Position numbers and translations under genes: made by a program
Shown: piece after piece, positions 9,135 to 19,424 of the stretch
Numbering within the stretch: position 1 is the first letter of the stretch
Layout: each line of letters opens with the position of its first letter
Notes under the pieces: model-generated
Seen by the model: the letters and a program-made list of their open reading frames with translations, nothing else
Databases searched by the model: none
What the model was told of the DNA's origin: nothing
Origin: a virus
Lineage: Duplodnaviria; Caudoviricetes
DNA: 64,000 bases
Strand: one strand, 5' to 3'
IMG/VR virus record: IMGVR_UViG_3300013383_000031
Coordinates: 7,550 to 71,549 of that record

Positions 9135-12024
9135 TTTTGTTAATCTACATCAACATTCAGACTACTCGATAGGTGATGGGTACTGTACGTTGGATGAGAT
9201 TATAGAAAGAGGAAAAGAATTAGGCTATAAAGCGGTCGCACTAACAGACCATGGGACTACAACAGGATTGTATGCGTTCTATCAGAAATGCAAGAAAGCT
9301 GGTATTAAACCTATCTTGGGTATGGAAGGTTACTTCTGTCCCGAACCAGAGATGAAGAGTGGTGAGAACTCACACATCCTATTGATTGCGAAAGATATTA
9401 ACGGTTTGCGTAATCTGTATAAGTTATCTAGCATTGGTGCGAAACAGTTTTACAAGAAGCCACGTATTGGTATTGAAGATTTGAGAAAGTATCACGAAGG
9501 TTTGATTTGTACGACCGCATGTATCGCTGGTTTCTTTAACAGATATCCAGGTAGTGTGGAAGAAATAGCAAAGATATTTGGTGATGATTTCTATATGGAA
9601 GTTCAGCCACACGAGTTCGAGGAACAGAAGGAATATAACGAATGGGTTTGGGACTGTGCTATGGCTCATGATTATCGTGTAGTTGTTACTAATGACGCTC
9701 ATTACAGTCGACCTAGTGATGTACGTTATCATGATTTGTGGGTAAGCATTCGTGGTACGTCAGACGCATATAGTAGTCATGACTTTTACATGATGGATGG
9801 CGATGAAGTTAGAAAGAGAATGAAGAGTTCGTGCTTTACTGATGATGTGATTAGTTACCTGATTGAAGAAACGAATAACATTGTCGATAAGTGTAATGTT
9901 GTTATACCAGAAGGGGGCGACAATTATCCTAAATACAATACTAAAGACCCTGAAAGAAAGATTCGGGATTGGTGCAACGAAGGGTGGAAGCGACTACGAA
10001 TTTCAACCAAGCCGAATAAGAATGATTATGTGGTACGAGTTGAACGAGAGTTACCTGTGCTTAGGAAATGCGATTATCTCAATTATCTCTGCATTATCAA
10101 AGATATTATTGGTTATTGCACTGAGCATAATGTACTTACTGGGTTGGGTCGTGGCTCTGTTGGGGGCTGTTGTACGGCTTATCTCTCTGGCATTACTCAG
10201 GTAGACTCTGTAAAATGGAACACAATCTTTGAACGCTTTTGTAATGAACAACGTGTCACCCCTGCGGACGTAGACTGTGACTTCGAGAGTGACAAACGTG
10301 ATGACGTTATTGATTACATTAAGAGTAAGTATGGTGAAGTGTATCACGTTAGAACGATGAACTACATGCAAGAGAAGGCGGCACTCAAGAGAGCTGGACA
10401 AGCGTTGGGGTTGTCTTCTATGTATGTTAATAAGATTAGCACTAACTTTCAGAATTGGAAAGGAGTTAAAGATGAGAAACTCAGAGATGTTGCTAGGCAT
10501 TTCTTTGGACGTTTACAGTCTTATGGCATGCACGCCAGTGCCGTTATGGTATTCCCTCGAGACCCTACTGAATGGTGTTCGATAGAGAAGCAGGGAGAAG
10601 ATTTTGTATGTGCTACTGATTACCATGACCTTGAATCACAAGGGTGCTTGAAATTAGACTTGTTAGGTTTAACTCAGTTGTCTATTGTGCATACAATGGC
10701 GGATATGATGGGCGTTGATGTTCGTCGGTTGTGGGATAACATTCCAGAACAGGACGATGTAACATGTGCGTTGCTTAACGCTGGCATGACTGAAGGCTGT
10801 TTTCAGATTGAGTCTGCGGCGATGAAAGGGTTCATTAAGTCTGTATCTATTCATAGTGCCGCTGACCTCGTACCAGTCATGGCCTTGTGTAGACCAGGTC
10901 CACTTGATAGTGGGATGGCTAAGGACTACATTGATAGAAGAACTGGACGTAAACCAGTAAAGAAATTGTACCCAGCATATGATGAGATAACTAAAGAAAC
11001 CTATGGCGTTATCTTGTATCAGGAACAGGTTATGCAGATTGCTCAGGCATTATGTGGTTACTCTCTTGGTAAAGCTGATATCTTACGTAAGGTTATTGGT
11101 CGTAAGATTGTGGAGGAAATGGAACCAGCCATGAAAGAGTTTAAGGAAGCTGGCCTGAAGAATGGTGTGCCAGAAGATGTAATGGCATATCTTGCTGATA
11201 GTATTAGTAAGTCTGCTAATTATTTATTCAACAAGTCACACGCAGTGGCGTATGGGCTTACGTCATGGAGAACAGCTTACCTTAAAGCTAATTATTCAGA
11301 ATACTATATGGCTTCTCTCATTGAATACAACAAAGATGATAGAGCCAAGGTAGCGAAGTACATTGCACACGCTGTGGCACTGAGGATTAATGTGCTTCCG
11401 CCAAACGTAGAATCATCAGAATCGTGCAAAACGTCGTTGAATAACGAGAGTTTGAAGCGTACCTACGTGCCTAAGTCTAATTGCATTACCTTAGGTTTCG
11501 ATATGTTAAAATACGTAGGAAATGCATTTGACAGTTTGGTATTCGGTAGAGCAGGAAAGGAATGGATAGATGACAACAAGAAAGCTAACAAGAGAGTCCT
11601 CGAATCAATCGTCAAGTCAGGAGCACTGGGTGACAATCGAGGCGAATTGCTTTGTTACATCGAGTGGGTCAAAGATACAAGGAAGAGTAAGCCGCCTTTT
11701 GTCTACGTTAAGAAAGAAAACGAGCAGTCTAATCACGACATGGAGATCGAGTCTATTGGATATGCTTTTTCTAGGGATGATGGCTACGTTCTTGATTTGT
11801 GTGACGGAGTTACTACTTTCCTTGTCACTGTAACAAAGAAGAAAGCACATAAGACTAAGCAAGGGAAGCCAATGCATTTCATTTCTGCTTTGGTTGACAA
11901 TGTTCCAAAGGAGTTGGTGGCCTTTGACAACAAAGGGAATAATATTGAAGTTAATAGAACTTATATTATGAGACTTCGAGGAACAATGATTATGGATTAT
12001 ACTTTGGCAATTAGAAAAAGTTGA
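9124..12024 (+). CDS. dnaE: DNA polymerase III alpha subunit (family C)
   Basis: PHP motifs HxHSDYS, ALTDHG, TNDAHY; GRGSVGG; PADVDCDF; HASAV; LKLDLLGL; ILYQEQVM; FNKSHA. Confidence 0.97.
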   Translation: MTNSFVNLHQHSDYSIGDGYCTLDEIIERGKELGYKAVALTDHGTTTGLYAFYQKCKKAGIKPILGMEGYFCPEPEMKSGENSHILLIAKDINGLRNLYKLSSIGAKQFYKKPRIGIEDLRKYHEGLICTTACIAGFFNRYPGSVEEIAKIFGDDFYMEVQPHEFEEQKEYNEWVWDCAMAHDYRVVVTNDAHYSRPSDVRYHDLWVSIRGTSDAYSSHDFYMMDGDEVRKRMKSSCFTDDVISYLIEETNNIVDKCNVVIPEGGDNYPKYNTKDPERKIRDWCNEGWKRLRISTKPNKNDYVVRVERELPVLRKCDYLNYLCIIKDIIGYCTEHNVLTGLGRGSVGGCCTAYLSGITQVDSVKWNTIFERFCNEQRVTPADVDCDFESDKRDDVIDYIKSKYGEVYHVRTMNYMQEKAALKRAGQALGLSSMYVNKISTNFQNWKGVKDEKLRDVARHFFGRLQSYGMHASAVMVFPRDPTEWCSIEKQGEDFVCATDYHDLESQGCLKLDLLGLTQLSIVHTMADMMGVDVRRLWDNIPEQDDVTCALLNAGMTEGCFQIESAAMKGFIKSVSIHSAADLVPVMALCRPGPLDSGMAKDYIDRRTGRKPVKKLYPAYDEITKETYGVILYQEQVMQIAQALCGYSLGKADILRKVIGRKIVEEMEPAMKEFKEAGLKNGVPEDVMAYLADSISKSANYLFNKSHAVAYGLTSWRTAYLKANYSEYYMASLIEYNKDDRAKVAKYIAHAVALRINVLPPNVESSESCKTSLNNESLKRTYVPKSNCITLGFDMLKYVGNAFDSLVFGRAGKEWIDDNKKANKRVLESIVKSGALGDNRGELLCYIEWVKDTRKSKPPFVYVKKENEQSNHDMEIESIGYAFSRDDGYVLDLCDGVTTFLVTVTKKKAHKTKQGKPMHFISALVDNVPKELVAFDNKGNNIEVNRTYIMRLRGTMIMDYTLAIRKS

Positions 12025-12044
12025 AACTTTTTTAAAAAAAGTAC

Positions 12045-12073
12045 TTGACAAACTGTGAAAGCTGTGGTATACT
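12045..12073 (+). promoter_or_regulatory. sigmaA-type promoter
   Basis: AAAAAAGTAC-TTGACA-N17-TATACT with TG. Confidence 0.8.
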
Positions 12074-12099
12074 AACTATAGTGAAAGGGAGTGATGAAT

Positions 12100-12207
12100 A
12101 TGATTGTTACATTCTTTGCTACATTAGCTGGTGGTTTTATCGGGGTGATGATTGGAGAACTGACGGCCCCATATATTTTTAAACATAAAGGAGAAGATAA
12201 GGAATGA
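12100..12207 (+). CDS. 35-aa single-TM peptide (not in ORF track)
   Basis: MIVTFFATLAGGFIGVMIGELTAPYIFKHKGEDKE; SD AAAGGGAGTGA; stop overlaps the next ATG. Confidence 0.6.
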   Translation: MIVTFFATLAGGFIGVMIGELTAPYIFKHKGEDKE

Positions 12208-12980
12208 GTTCATTAGATATGGCATTGGCAGAATTGAAGAAACCGTTTGCACCTAAGGATGTAGAATGGAGAATTCAGAGAAAGAGTAAAGACGGACAGA
12301 AGGGAATGGCGATGGCTTACATTGACGCTCGTGCTATCTCTAATCGTCTTGATGACTTGGTAATGAGAAACATTATCGACGGTTGGTCTGTTGATTATAG
12401 ACCTATTGATATGAGTACTATTAAACAGCAGAAGCGTGGGTACGATACTGAAGTACCGATTAAAGGTTTCATTTGTACTATCACACTGAACCTTGGGGAT
12501 ATGAGTATCAGCCGTGAAGACGGGGCAAACCTTACTGATTTTGAACCGTTCAAAGGTGGCTTGTCTGGTGCGTTTAAACGAGCTGCCTCTATGTGGGGTA
12601 TTGGTAGATACCTGTATGATTTGCCTACAGTGTGGGCACCTATTGATAATTGGGGTAACATTACGCAGAAACCTAGACTTCCACTGTGGGCACTGCCTGA
12701 AGGGTACGTTGAACCAGATAGTCCAGAACCGTCTACCCCACCTGAACATACGTCATCGTTCGCTGGTTCTGAAAGTGCTTTCGGTATGCCAAATGATGAC
12801 AACCCATTCACTGAAGATAACAGTGGTGGCGGTGAAGGAGAAATGATTTTCCCATTTGGTAAACACAAGGGTAAGAAATTGTCTGAAGTTCCACCAGATT
12901 ATATGAAGTGGTGCATTGAAAACATGCAGAGACTTGACCCGAAACTGAAGGCGGCGATGGAAGCATACTTGAATAGATAA
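12204..12980 (+). CDS. Rad52/Sak-like single-strand annealing protein with C-terminal DUF3820-like domain
   Basis: LKKPFAPKDVEWR, AYIDARAISNRLD, KGGLSGAFKRAASMWGIGRYLY; C-terminal FPFGKHKGKKLSEVPPDYMKW. Confidence 0.85.
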   Translation: MSSLDMALAELKKPFAPKDVEWRIQRKSKDGQKGMAMAYIDARAISNRLDDLVMRNIIDGWSVDYRPIDMSTIKQQKRGYDTEVPIKGFICTITLNLGDMSISREDGANLTDFEPFKGGLSGAFKRAASMWGIGRYLYDLPTVWAPIDNWGNITQKPRLPLWALPEGYVEPDSPEPSTPPEHTSSFAGSESAFGMPNDDNPFTEDNSGGGEGEMIFPFGKHKGKKLSEVPPDYMKWCIENMQRLDPKLKAAMEAYLNR

Positions 12981-12991
12981 GGAGTGATACC

Positions 12992-14977
12992 GTGAATAAT
13001 CTTGAGAATGTTATCAAAGCGAAACTAGACCTACGAGAATACGTAAGCCAGTACACAGAGCTAAGAAGAACTGGTAACACATGGAGAGGGGCTTGCCCGA
13101 TTCACGGTGGAGAAAACAAGTCGGCGTTTACCGTATTCCCTCACGGAACATTCTACTGTTTCTCGTGTGGGGCTAGTGGTAATGTGATAAACTTTGTAGC
13201 TGAACACGAACACATAACATACGAGGCGGCTACTGAGAAATTAGCTGAGATGTTAAACATTGATGTATCGTCTAGTGTAGAATATGTACGACAGAGAAAC
13301 ATTATTCAAGAATACAGACACAAGGTAGACACAGCTCAGAAATATTTGGAAGAGAATGAAGGCGTTAAAAAGTACTTACACAGACGTAAGATTAGCGATG
13401 AAGTTATTAAGCTCTTCCATTTAGGAGCTGACCGTAAGGACGGGGGTAACTTGATTATCCCCATCTATAATATCAATGACCAACCAGTAGCGATAGCTAA
13501 GAGATACTTTAATGCGAAGTATAAATACAAGAACTCTAAGAATAGTGAAGTGTTCGATAAGAGTGAAACGTTGTATGGTTTGAATGTGTCGCACAAAGTT
13601 GGTGGTAGTACACTGTATCTTGTTGAAGGATACTTTGACGTAATGTCTGGTACACAGTTAGGACTTCCGACTGCTGGGTATTGTGGAGCTGAGATTGGTA
13701 AGGAACAGATTCAACTACTAAATAAAACGGTTCCACCGACTACACAGATTGTTTTGGTTCCTGATATGGATGAGGCAGGACTCAAACATATTGATAGAGT
13801 GCGTGATAGATTTAATTCTATAACACGCTTTAATGTGAGAGTCCTTCCACTTCCTGATGGGTGTAAAGATTTAAATGACGCATTAGTGGATGACGTTGAT
13901 GTAAAGAGTTTACCCACCGTATACATTGACCAGTTCGTTCTCACACGGAAACTGGATGAATGTAAGTCTATCGAAGACCAGTACTCATACGCTACGGAGT
14001 TTATGAAAACAGTTAAGAACCAGATGGTTAAAGCTGACTTAGTAGACTTGTTAGCCAAACGTTGGGGAAAAGACGCTAGTGATTTAAAAGAAGCCTTTGA
14101 CTTAGATGAAACAGAGATTGATTCACTAACTGATGAAGCGTCCACGTTGTATGATTGCTTGGGTTCTCTTGGTAAACTGTACGAGAAAGGTATATTTAAG
14201 ACTGGTATTGCTGGCGTAGATGATTGTGTCGGTGGTATCATGAAAGGACAGGTGGTTGTTGTGGGAGCGTATAGCGGAAGCGGTAAAACTTCTTTCGCTA
14301 TCGACTATATCTTAAAGAGTGTACTGAATAATGATATGAGAGTTGTGTTCTTCTCACAGGAAATGAGTAAAGGTAATGTGCTTGAATGGATACTGGCGAA
14401 GCTAATTGGTTGCCCGTTTTATCAAGTGCGTGAACACTTTAAAGATTCTGAAGAGATTAAGAAACAACTCGATAGGATTGGCAATAGATTGATTATCATC
14501 GACAAGAACGGTGTCACCATGGATGAAATTGATAGAACAATATCTGCGATTAATGCCAAAGGTTTGTTCGATAAACCAGTTGACATGGTGGTGTGTGATT
14601 ACTTCCAGTATCTAAAGGGGACGGAAGAGTATGACGGAGCGGCACAACAGGCAAAGGCTATGAAGAGAATAGCAAAAGATAAAGACTTAATCTTTGTAAT
14701 GTTAAGCCAGCTCAATCGCCAGAGTAACCAGTATGAAGAGCCAACGATGAATCTACTGAAAGGTGCTGGTGACATCGAAGCTAGTGCTGATATCTGTTTG
14801 CTAATGTGGAGGCCTGACCTTAGACCAGGGATTGGATTGGAGGCTGAACAGAAGTGGCATGGTATCACACGATTCAACCTAGCTAAAGTCAGAGGTTACC
14901 AATTAGGTTCAACAAGGTTTATGATGAAGTGGAATAAAGATAAGAGTATCCTAGAAGACTACGAGGGGGGAGAGTAA
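12992..14977 (+). CDS. Primase-helicase fusion (CHC2 zinc finger, TOPRIM, SF4 DnaB-like helicase)
   Basis: CPIH...FYCFSCG; LVEGYFD and DMDEAG TOPRIM; Walker A GAYSGSGKT; VCDYFQ; LSQLNR; GDIEASAD. Confidence 0.95.
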   Translation: MNNLENVIKAKLDLREYVSQYTELRRTGNTWRGACPIHGGENKSAFTVFPHGTFYCFSCGASGNVINFVAEHEHITYEAATEKLAEMLNIDVSSSVEYVRQRNIIQEYRHKVDTAQKYLEENEGVKKYLHRRKISDEVIKLFHLGADRKDGGNLIIPIYNINDQPVAIAKRYFNAKYKYKNSKNSEVFDKSETLYGLNVSHKVGGSTLYLVEGYFDVMSGTQLGLPTAGYCGAEIGKEQIQLLNKTVPPTTQIVLVPDMDEAGLKHIDRVRDRFNSITRFNVRVLPLPDGCKDLNDALVDDVDVKSLPTVYIDQFVLTRKLDECKSIEDQYSYATEFMKTVKNQMVKADLVDLLAKRWGKDASDLKEAFDLDETEIDSLTDEASTLYDCLGSLGKLYEKGIFKTGIAGVDDCVGGIMKGQVVVVGAYSGSGKTSFAIDYILKSVLNNDMRVVFFSQEMSKGNVLEWILAKLIGCPFYQVREHFKDSEEIKKQLDRIGNRLIIIDKNGVTMDEIDRTISAINAKGLFDKPVDMVVCDYFQYLKGTEEYDGAAQQAKAMKRIAKDKDLIFVMLSQLNRQSNQYEEPTMNLLKGAGDIEASADICLLMWRPDLRPGIGLEAEQKWHGITRFNLAKVRGYQLGSTRFMMKWNKDKSILEDYEGGE

Positions 14978-15879
14978 TGCCACTAACACATTATAGATGT
15001 CCAGATGGAAGAGAGTGTCCAGTCAATGAGTGCTTAAAGAAATGCAGGTTAGCTGGTAAGATTAATCCTACTACTGGTATGTTGTATGTTCCATGTGGCA
15101 GGTGCTTATCGAGACGAGCATTGCTTGCGATTGCGGCAGAAAGACGGTGGACTGGTAAACCTAGTACAACACAGTTGCTGAACGGTACTCTTGAAGAATA
15201 CTTAAAGCTAACTGAACCGTACACGATTGACCCAATGCAGTCAGTGTTTGCACTGCATGGCACTAGTGTTCATGAAGCGTTAGAAGAGAACACCGTTGGC
15301 AATGCTATGACTGAACAGAGATTGGACGACGGTGTATCGACTGGTGCGTTCGATTACTTTGATGAAGAAGCAACCGAAGAAGAGAACACTGGTTACTTGT
15401 ACGATGATAAAACATACGGCAGTTACAAAGCCGCTAAGGTTCTTGGTGCTGTTAAACATAAAGAACAAGTTGGTGTATTCAAGAATGGTAAACCAAAGTA
15501 TAAAACATACTTTACCTACGATGGAGTACACGGTAGTGGTAGGCTAGACCTTGCGATTCAGCTTAACGATTATCGTATGAAGCTGAAGAAATGTTTAGGT
15601 AAGACTGCTAAAAAAATGATTTGTGAAATGATTGTCAGAGATGGCAATACTTATATGGCTGAGTCCCGTGGCGTTATGCAGCCAGCATATCTGGTTGAAG
15701 TCAATAAGATTAGCGACCATTGGGTTAGCAAATATATGAAGGCGAAAGCCGATAACTTAGTACACGCTATGGAAACAGGGCTACTTCCTAAGCAGTGTAG
15801 TTACAGAGAACGTTGGGGAGGTATGAAGTGCGAGAGATTCTGTAACGTCAAAGACAAATGCCCGTACGTTAAATGTTAA
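14977..15879 (+). CDS. Cas4-like PD-(D/E)XK nuclease with Cys clusters
   Basis: HGTSVHEALE, STGAFDYFD, LYDDKTYG; N- and C-terminal Cys (CSY...CERFCNVKDKC) suggest an Fe-S cluster. Confidence 0.7.
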   Translation: MPLTHYRCPDGRECPVNECLKKCRLAGKINPTTGMLYVPCGRCLSRRALLAIAAERRWTGKPSTTQLLNGTLEEYLKLTEPYTIDPMQSVFALHGTSVHEALEENTVGNAMTEQRLDDGVSTGAFDYFDEEATEEENTGYLYDDKTYGSYKAAKVLGAVKHKEQVGVFKNGKPKYKTYFTYDGVHGSGRLDLAIQLNDYRMKLKKCLGKTAKKMICEMIVRDGNTYMAESRGVMQPAYLVEVNKISDHWVSKYMKAKADNLVHAMETGLLPKQCSYRERWGGMKCERFCNVKDKCPYVKC

Positions 15880-15886
15880 AGGAGAT

Positions 15887-16135
15887 ATGACTATGAAAGA
15901 TGAAAACGTATTGACACCAACGATGGAGCAGGTTGTTAAGGTGAATGTTAAAGTAACCGTTAAAGGCAACGGTGTGGATGTGGATGTACATTCCGATGAC
16001 AGTGCACCAGCTATGGCTACCGCATTGTTCTTGGGGTTGATGGCTACCTATGGTATTGAAGAAGCTGGTGCTAAAGAAGTATTCGATGTGATGATTGATA
16101 AGATTGCAGAATTGAAAGGGGACGAAGAAGAATGA
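15887..16135 (+). CDS. Hypothetical protein
   Basis: 82 aa with AAAGGAG SD. Confidence 0.6.
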   Translation: MTMKDENVLTPTMEQVVKVNVKVTVKGNGVDVDVHSDDSAPAMATALFLGLMATYGIEEAGAKEVFDVMIDKIAELKGDEEE

Positions 16136-16353
16136 GTGAAGCTAAAAAAGTTACAGTTACATGGGCAGATAAAGACGACGGTACTGCTGATATTCAGTTT
16201 GACACTAAGCTGAAAGGCAATGACGCAGCACAGGTATTGCTTGGCGGGCTTCTTGCCTTGATGGGTATTGAAGACCACGAAGCTGTGGTAGATGTAGTCA
16301 GAACATTGAACAAGTATTCCAATGGCGGAGGGGTGACTAAGCGTGTTGAATAA
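16132..16353 (+). CDS. Hypothetical protein (possible paralog of the previous gene)
   Basis: 73 aa, ATGA overlap; similar beta-beta-helix pattern ending ...GIE(D/E). Confidence 0.6.
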   Translation: MSEAKKVTVTWADKDDGTADIQFDTKLKGNDAAQVLLGGLLALMGIEDHEAVVDVVRTLNKYSNGGGVTKRVE

Positions 16354-16873
16354 AGCAGACAAAGAAAGACAAAACTTAGAAGCCATCGCTACTATTATGA
16401 GCCTAGTTAGTGTTGGTGCTATGCCACCAGATAAAGCATTTGATATTATGGCTGGTATTGGTAGACGTAATCACGAAGAAGAAGTGAAGCAGACAACAGA
16501 TGAAGTACCACCGCCGACTGAACCACCGTGGAACGATCAAGCTATTTATCTGAAGTTTGTTAAAGATAAAGTGAATGAGATTGTTAAGAAGATTGAAAAC
16601 AAACAGTCTCAGTATATCGGTGATGATATGGTGCTTAGTGCTATCACTGATACGGCAGATAAGATGGTGGTCGGTAGGCCTTCGACCATTGATGAAAAAC
16701 TAAGAGTTATTCTGACTCTGATGGATAAGCATGTAGGAGCATTAATGAAACGTGGGACTGCACTTCCAGACCTTGAAGATAGACTCACCGATATTATTGT
16801 TTACTGTTTCATGGCAATGTATTTACTTGACAAAGATATTTTCTTTGTTGATTTAAAAGACAATGCGAGCTAG
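16343..16873 (+). CDS. Putative all-alpha nucleotide pyrophosphohydrolase-like (DUF1599/MazG-like) protein
   Basis: KIENKQSQY...LMDKH...LEDRLTDIIVYC pattern. Confidence 0.4.
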   Translation: MLNKADKERQNLEAIATIMSLVSVGAMPPDKAFDIMAGIGRRNHEEEVKQTTDEVPPPTEPPWNDQAIYLKFVKDKVNEIVKKIENKQSQYIGDDMVLSAITDTADKMVVGRPSTIDEKLRVILTLMDKHVGALMKRGTALPDLEDRLTDIIVYCFMAMYLLDKDIFFVDLKDNAS

Positions 16874-17441
16874 CAAATTTCTAAGGGGAAATAATGTTAG
16901 CCATAGTACGGTGAAAGGTAAGAAAAAGAAAGACCCATTAAGAGTTGCGATGGGTAAACGTAATAGACGTAGTGGTAAAACGTTTGAACGTAATGTGTTA
17001 GCTAGGTTGATATCATTTGGCTTGTCTGTGTTTAAGACACCAATGAGTGGTTCTTTAAAGGCGAGTGGTTTAATCCCTTGCCTTAAAGACCACATGGCTA
17101 GCGACTTACAGATTCAGCTGAAGGATAATACTTACTTAGTAGAATGTAAACACATGTCGACACACGAGAAACTATTCAATGAGTTACCAGATGTTGACTG
17201 CTATCACTATAAAGGTTTCTGTTACATGATGAGTGATGACGCTTTCCTTAGCTACTTGTGTGGCGGTAAGATTAATATTATCGAGAAAGAGGATAAGCGT
17301 AACAAATGGTTACATAATTTTTTCAATCAAGACAATAGCCACATTGTTGTTCTTGGTTACAACTATCGTGATAATATTTATTGTGTGAGAGAAGATGTGT
17401 ATGATATCTTCTACGATTGCAGAAAGATGAGAGGTAAATAA
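16863..17441 (+). CDS. Holliday junction resolvase-like nuclease (Hjc type)
   Basis: RRSGKTFERNV...SGS...SDL...LVECKH PD-(D/E)XK motif. Confidence 0.8.
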   Translation: MRASKFLRGNNVSHSTVKGKKKKDPLRVAMGKRNRRSGKTFERNVLARLISFGLSVFKTPMSGSLKASGLIPCLKDHMASDLQIQLKDNTYLVECKHMSTHEKLFNELPDVDCYHYKGFCYMMSDDAFLSYLCGGKINIIEKEDKRNKWLHNFFNQDNSHIVVLGYNYRDNIYCVREDVYDIFYDCRKMRGK

Positions 17442-17442
17442 T

Positions 17443-17676
17443 ATGTTTATTGTATCTGACAAAGAAAACAAACTGATGGATGTTGTAGATGTTTACATTA
17501 AAGCAATGAAAGATAAAGACTCTAATGAAGTAGTAGGGTATATGCTGATGGGTATTCCGCTTGGTTCTAGTCGCGGACAGATTCTGGCTATCGTAAACAC
17601 CTACGAAGAAGCACAGAAACTGCTGTTGAAGATTGCCGCCAAAGTTGAAGCCGCTAAAGTAAACGACCTTGACTGA
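17443..17676 (+). CDS. Hypothetical protein
   Basis: 77 aa, SD GAGGT. Confidence 0.6.
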   Translation: MFIVSDKENKLMDVVDVYIKAMKDKDSNEVVGYMLMGIPLGSSRGQILAIVNTYEEAQKLLLKIAAKVEAAKVNDLD

Positions 17677-17971
17677 TGACCCACGTACCCTTGCTATTGA
17701 AGAACAGGAAGGGCATGACGCACAGAGAATGCTTGAGTTGCTGTCCGATTTCGATGAGCAGTATACTCAAGCTATCATCTCTAATATTCTATCGTGTGAC
17801 CCTAAAGACTTTGAGGCATGGCGGAACCTACTCAAAGCTAAGGAAGCATTACTGTCTTACCTAAGAGATAAGGTTAGAAACGGTGAGCTTGCTTACGATA
17901 GAAGATTAGAGTTGGATAAGGATGACGAAAATGAATTGATGAATAAGTATAGGAGTGATATCTTTGGATAA
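17669..17971 (+). CDS. Hypothetical protein
   Basis: 100 aa helical acidic protein, coupled. Confidence 0.6.
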   Translation: MTDDPRTLAIEEQEGHDAQRMLELLSDFDEQYTQAIISNILSCDPKDFEAWRNLLKAKEALLSYLRDKVRNGELAYDRRLELDKDDENELMNKYRSDIFG

Positions 17972-18371
17972 AGAAGTGCTCAATCAGTACAACGAGATTA
18001 AGAAAACGTACCCAACTATTCTTGATAATGACCCATCGAGTGCATACTCTTTGATGATTAAAGCCTCTACTCTTATGGAGACTTTTGATTCTCAGGTGGC
18101 ATTACTGTATAAAGAACTTGCGTTTGCTGAACAGAAGGCTAAAGCTACAACGGCTGAGAAGTCTTCCGAGTTTAGTAACAAAGTTACCGTTGGTGATAGA
18201 CATACATTATCTGACCCTGATTGTCAGGAAGCGTGGGCAATGGTAGCTGAAGTTCAGTATTCAATCCGATTACTGGAAGCGGCTAGTAAGTTCTTGAATA
18301 GAGTGTACTTTGATATGAAGAATAACGTAGCGTTTAATCGTGGAGTACCTAGATACGAACAGAAGGAGTAA
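17955..18371 (+). CDS. Helical protein, possibly UvsY-like recombination mediator
   Basis: 138 aa coiled-coil pattern in a recombination/replication context. Confidence 0.35.
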   Translation: MISLDKEVLNQYNEIKKTYPTILDNDPSSAYSLMIKASTLMETFDSQVALLYKELAFAEQKAKATTAEKSSEFSNKVTVGDRHTLSDPDCQEAWAMVAEVQYSIRLLEAASKFLNRVYFDMKNNVAFNRGVPRYEQKE

Positions 18372-18617
18372 GTGATTGACATGGCTAGACAGAGTAGAGA
18401 AGAACTTGGAAGAGCTAAGATGTTAAAAGAAATTGCGAGTGGTAAGCTCACGCCACTCAAAGCCATTAAGCTGCATTGTCTTGATTGCGTATGCTACGAT
18501 AGGAACGAGGTAACTAAATGTGGTAATGTTGATTGTCCGTTACACGAGTTCCGTTTTGGTCGCAACCCTAGACACAAAGGTAGAGTTGATAGGAAAGGAA
18601 AAGAGGTAGGAGAATAA
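18372..18617 (+). CDS. Small Zn-binding phage protein
   Basis: AIKLHCLDC...EVTKC...CPLHEFRFG four-Cys motif. Confidence 0.65.
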   Translation: MIDMARQSREELGRAKMLKEIASGKLTPLKAIKLHCLDCVCYDRNEVTKCGNVDCPLHEFRFGRNPRHKGRVDRKGKEVGE

Positions 18618-19225
18618 TGGAATGGAGAATACCACACAGTGAAGAGGATATGCTTAATGAAATTGAAGTCAACGGATTGGCAAACATTACAAGGCTTGTC
18701 GGTTTGTCATACGGTAAAGAGTTAGACTTTGAACACGGACAGCGTGTTATTAAAAGCTTGGTGGCTAAACCACTTAACAGTGGTGAGGCAAATATTCTTA
18801 CTGGTGTACAGGTTAATATGGTCGTGACTGCTAGTATTAAATGGTGGCAACAGGCAGAAAGATATCATTGGTTCCAGATTGCTATGAGTGAATCAATCAT
18901 GCACAGTATCGCAGACCCGAATAAAGAATTAACACAGGCAAACTTTGCCTATCCAACACCACTCTCTGAAGCGTACATTGGTATGCGTAAGGAAGTGTTC
19001 AAACAGTTTGGGTCAGACATTCCAGAAGACATTAAGTTGTGTATGATTTATAATGTGCCTGTCTCTTATTTGGAAAAGGCTTATGTTACTACTAATTACT
19101 TACAGCTTATGACTATGTATAGACAGAGGAGAAACCATAAGCTACCTGAATGGCAGAAGTTCTGCGACGAGGTGGAAAAGTTACCGATGATGAAGACATT
19201 ATTGGGGGTGCAAAATGTTAACTAA
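18617..19225 (+). CDS. ThyX/Thy1-like flavin-dependent thymidylate synthase family protein (divergent)
   Basis: WWQQAERYHWFQIAMSES (degenerate RHR...S motif) and TTNYLQLMTMYRQRRNHKLPEWQKFC. Confidence 0.6.
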   Translation: MEWRIPHSEEDMLNEIEVNGLANITRLVGLSYGKELDFEHGQRVIKSLVAKPLNSGEANILTGVQVNMVVTASIKWWQQAERYHWFQIAMSESIMHSIADPNKELTQANFAYPTPLSEAYIGMRKEVFKQFGSDIPEDIKLCMIYNVPVSYLEKAYVTTNYLQLMTMYRQRRNHKLPEWQKFCDEVEKLPMMKTLLGVQNVN

Positions 19226-19424
19226 AGGATACGCAGTCGTTATCTTTGACGAGCATGGTATGCCTAGATGTGTAGGCGTTGGTGCTGATAGCGACGAAGC
19301 AAAAAAGCTGGTTGATAATAACGTAAATAGTAGAGACTTACGTGCTCACGTATACCCTCTACCAAAGACACACGATAACATTAGAGTTTATAAATACAAG
19401 AAAGGAATTAATGATAGAAGATGA
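19215..19424 (+). CDS. Hypothetical protein
   Basis: 69 aa, overlaps both neighbours. Confidence 0.55.
   Translation: MLTKGYAVVIFDEHGMPRCVGVGADSDEAKKLVDNNVNSRDLRAHVYPLPKTHDNIRVYKYKKGINDRR

Noticed and set aside
9863-10204. Alternative-frame and antisense ORFs inside dnaE and other long genes
   Set aside because: No SD or recognisable motifs; expected shadow ORFs of the strong coding frames.
14977-15879. CRISPR-Cas adaptation module
   Set aside because: The Cas4-like nuclease is solitary in a replication operon with no cas1/cas2 or array, which is common in phages.
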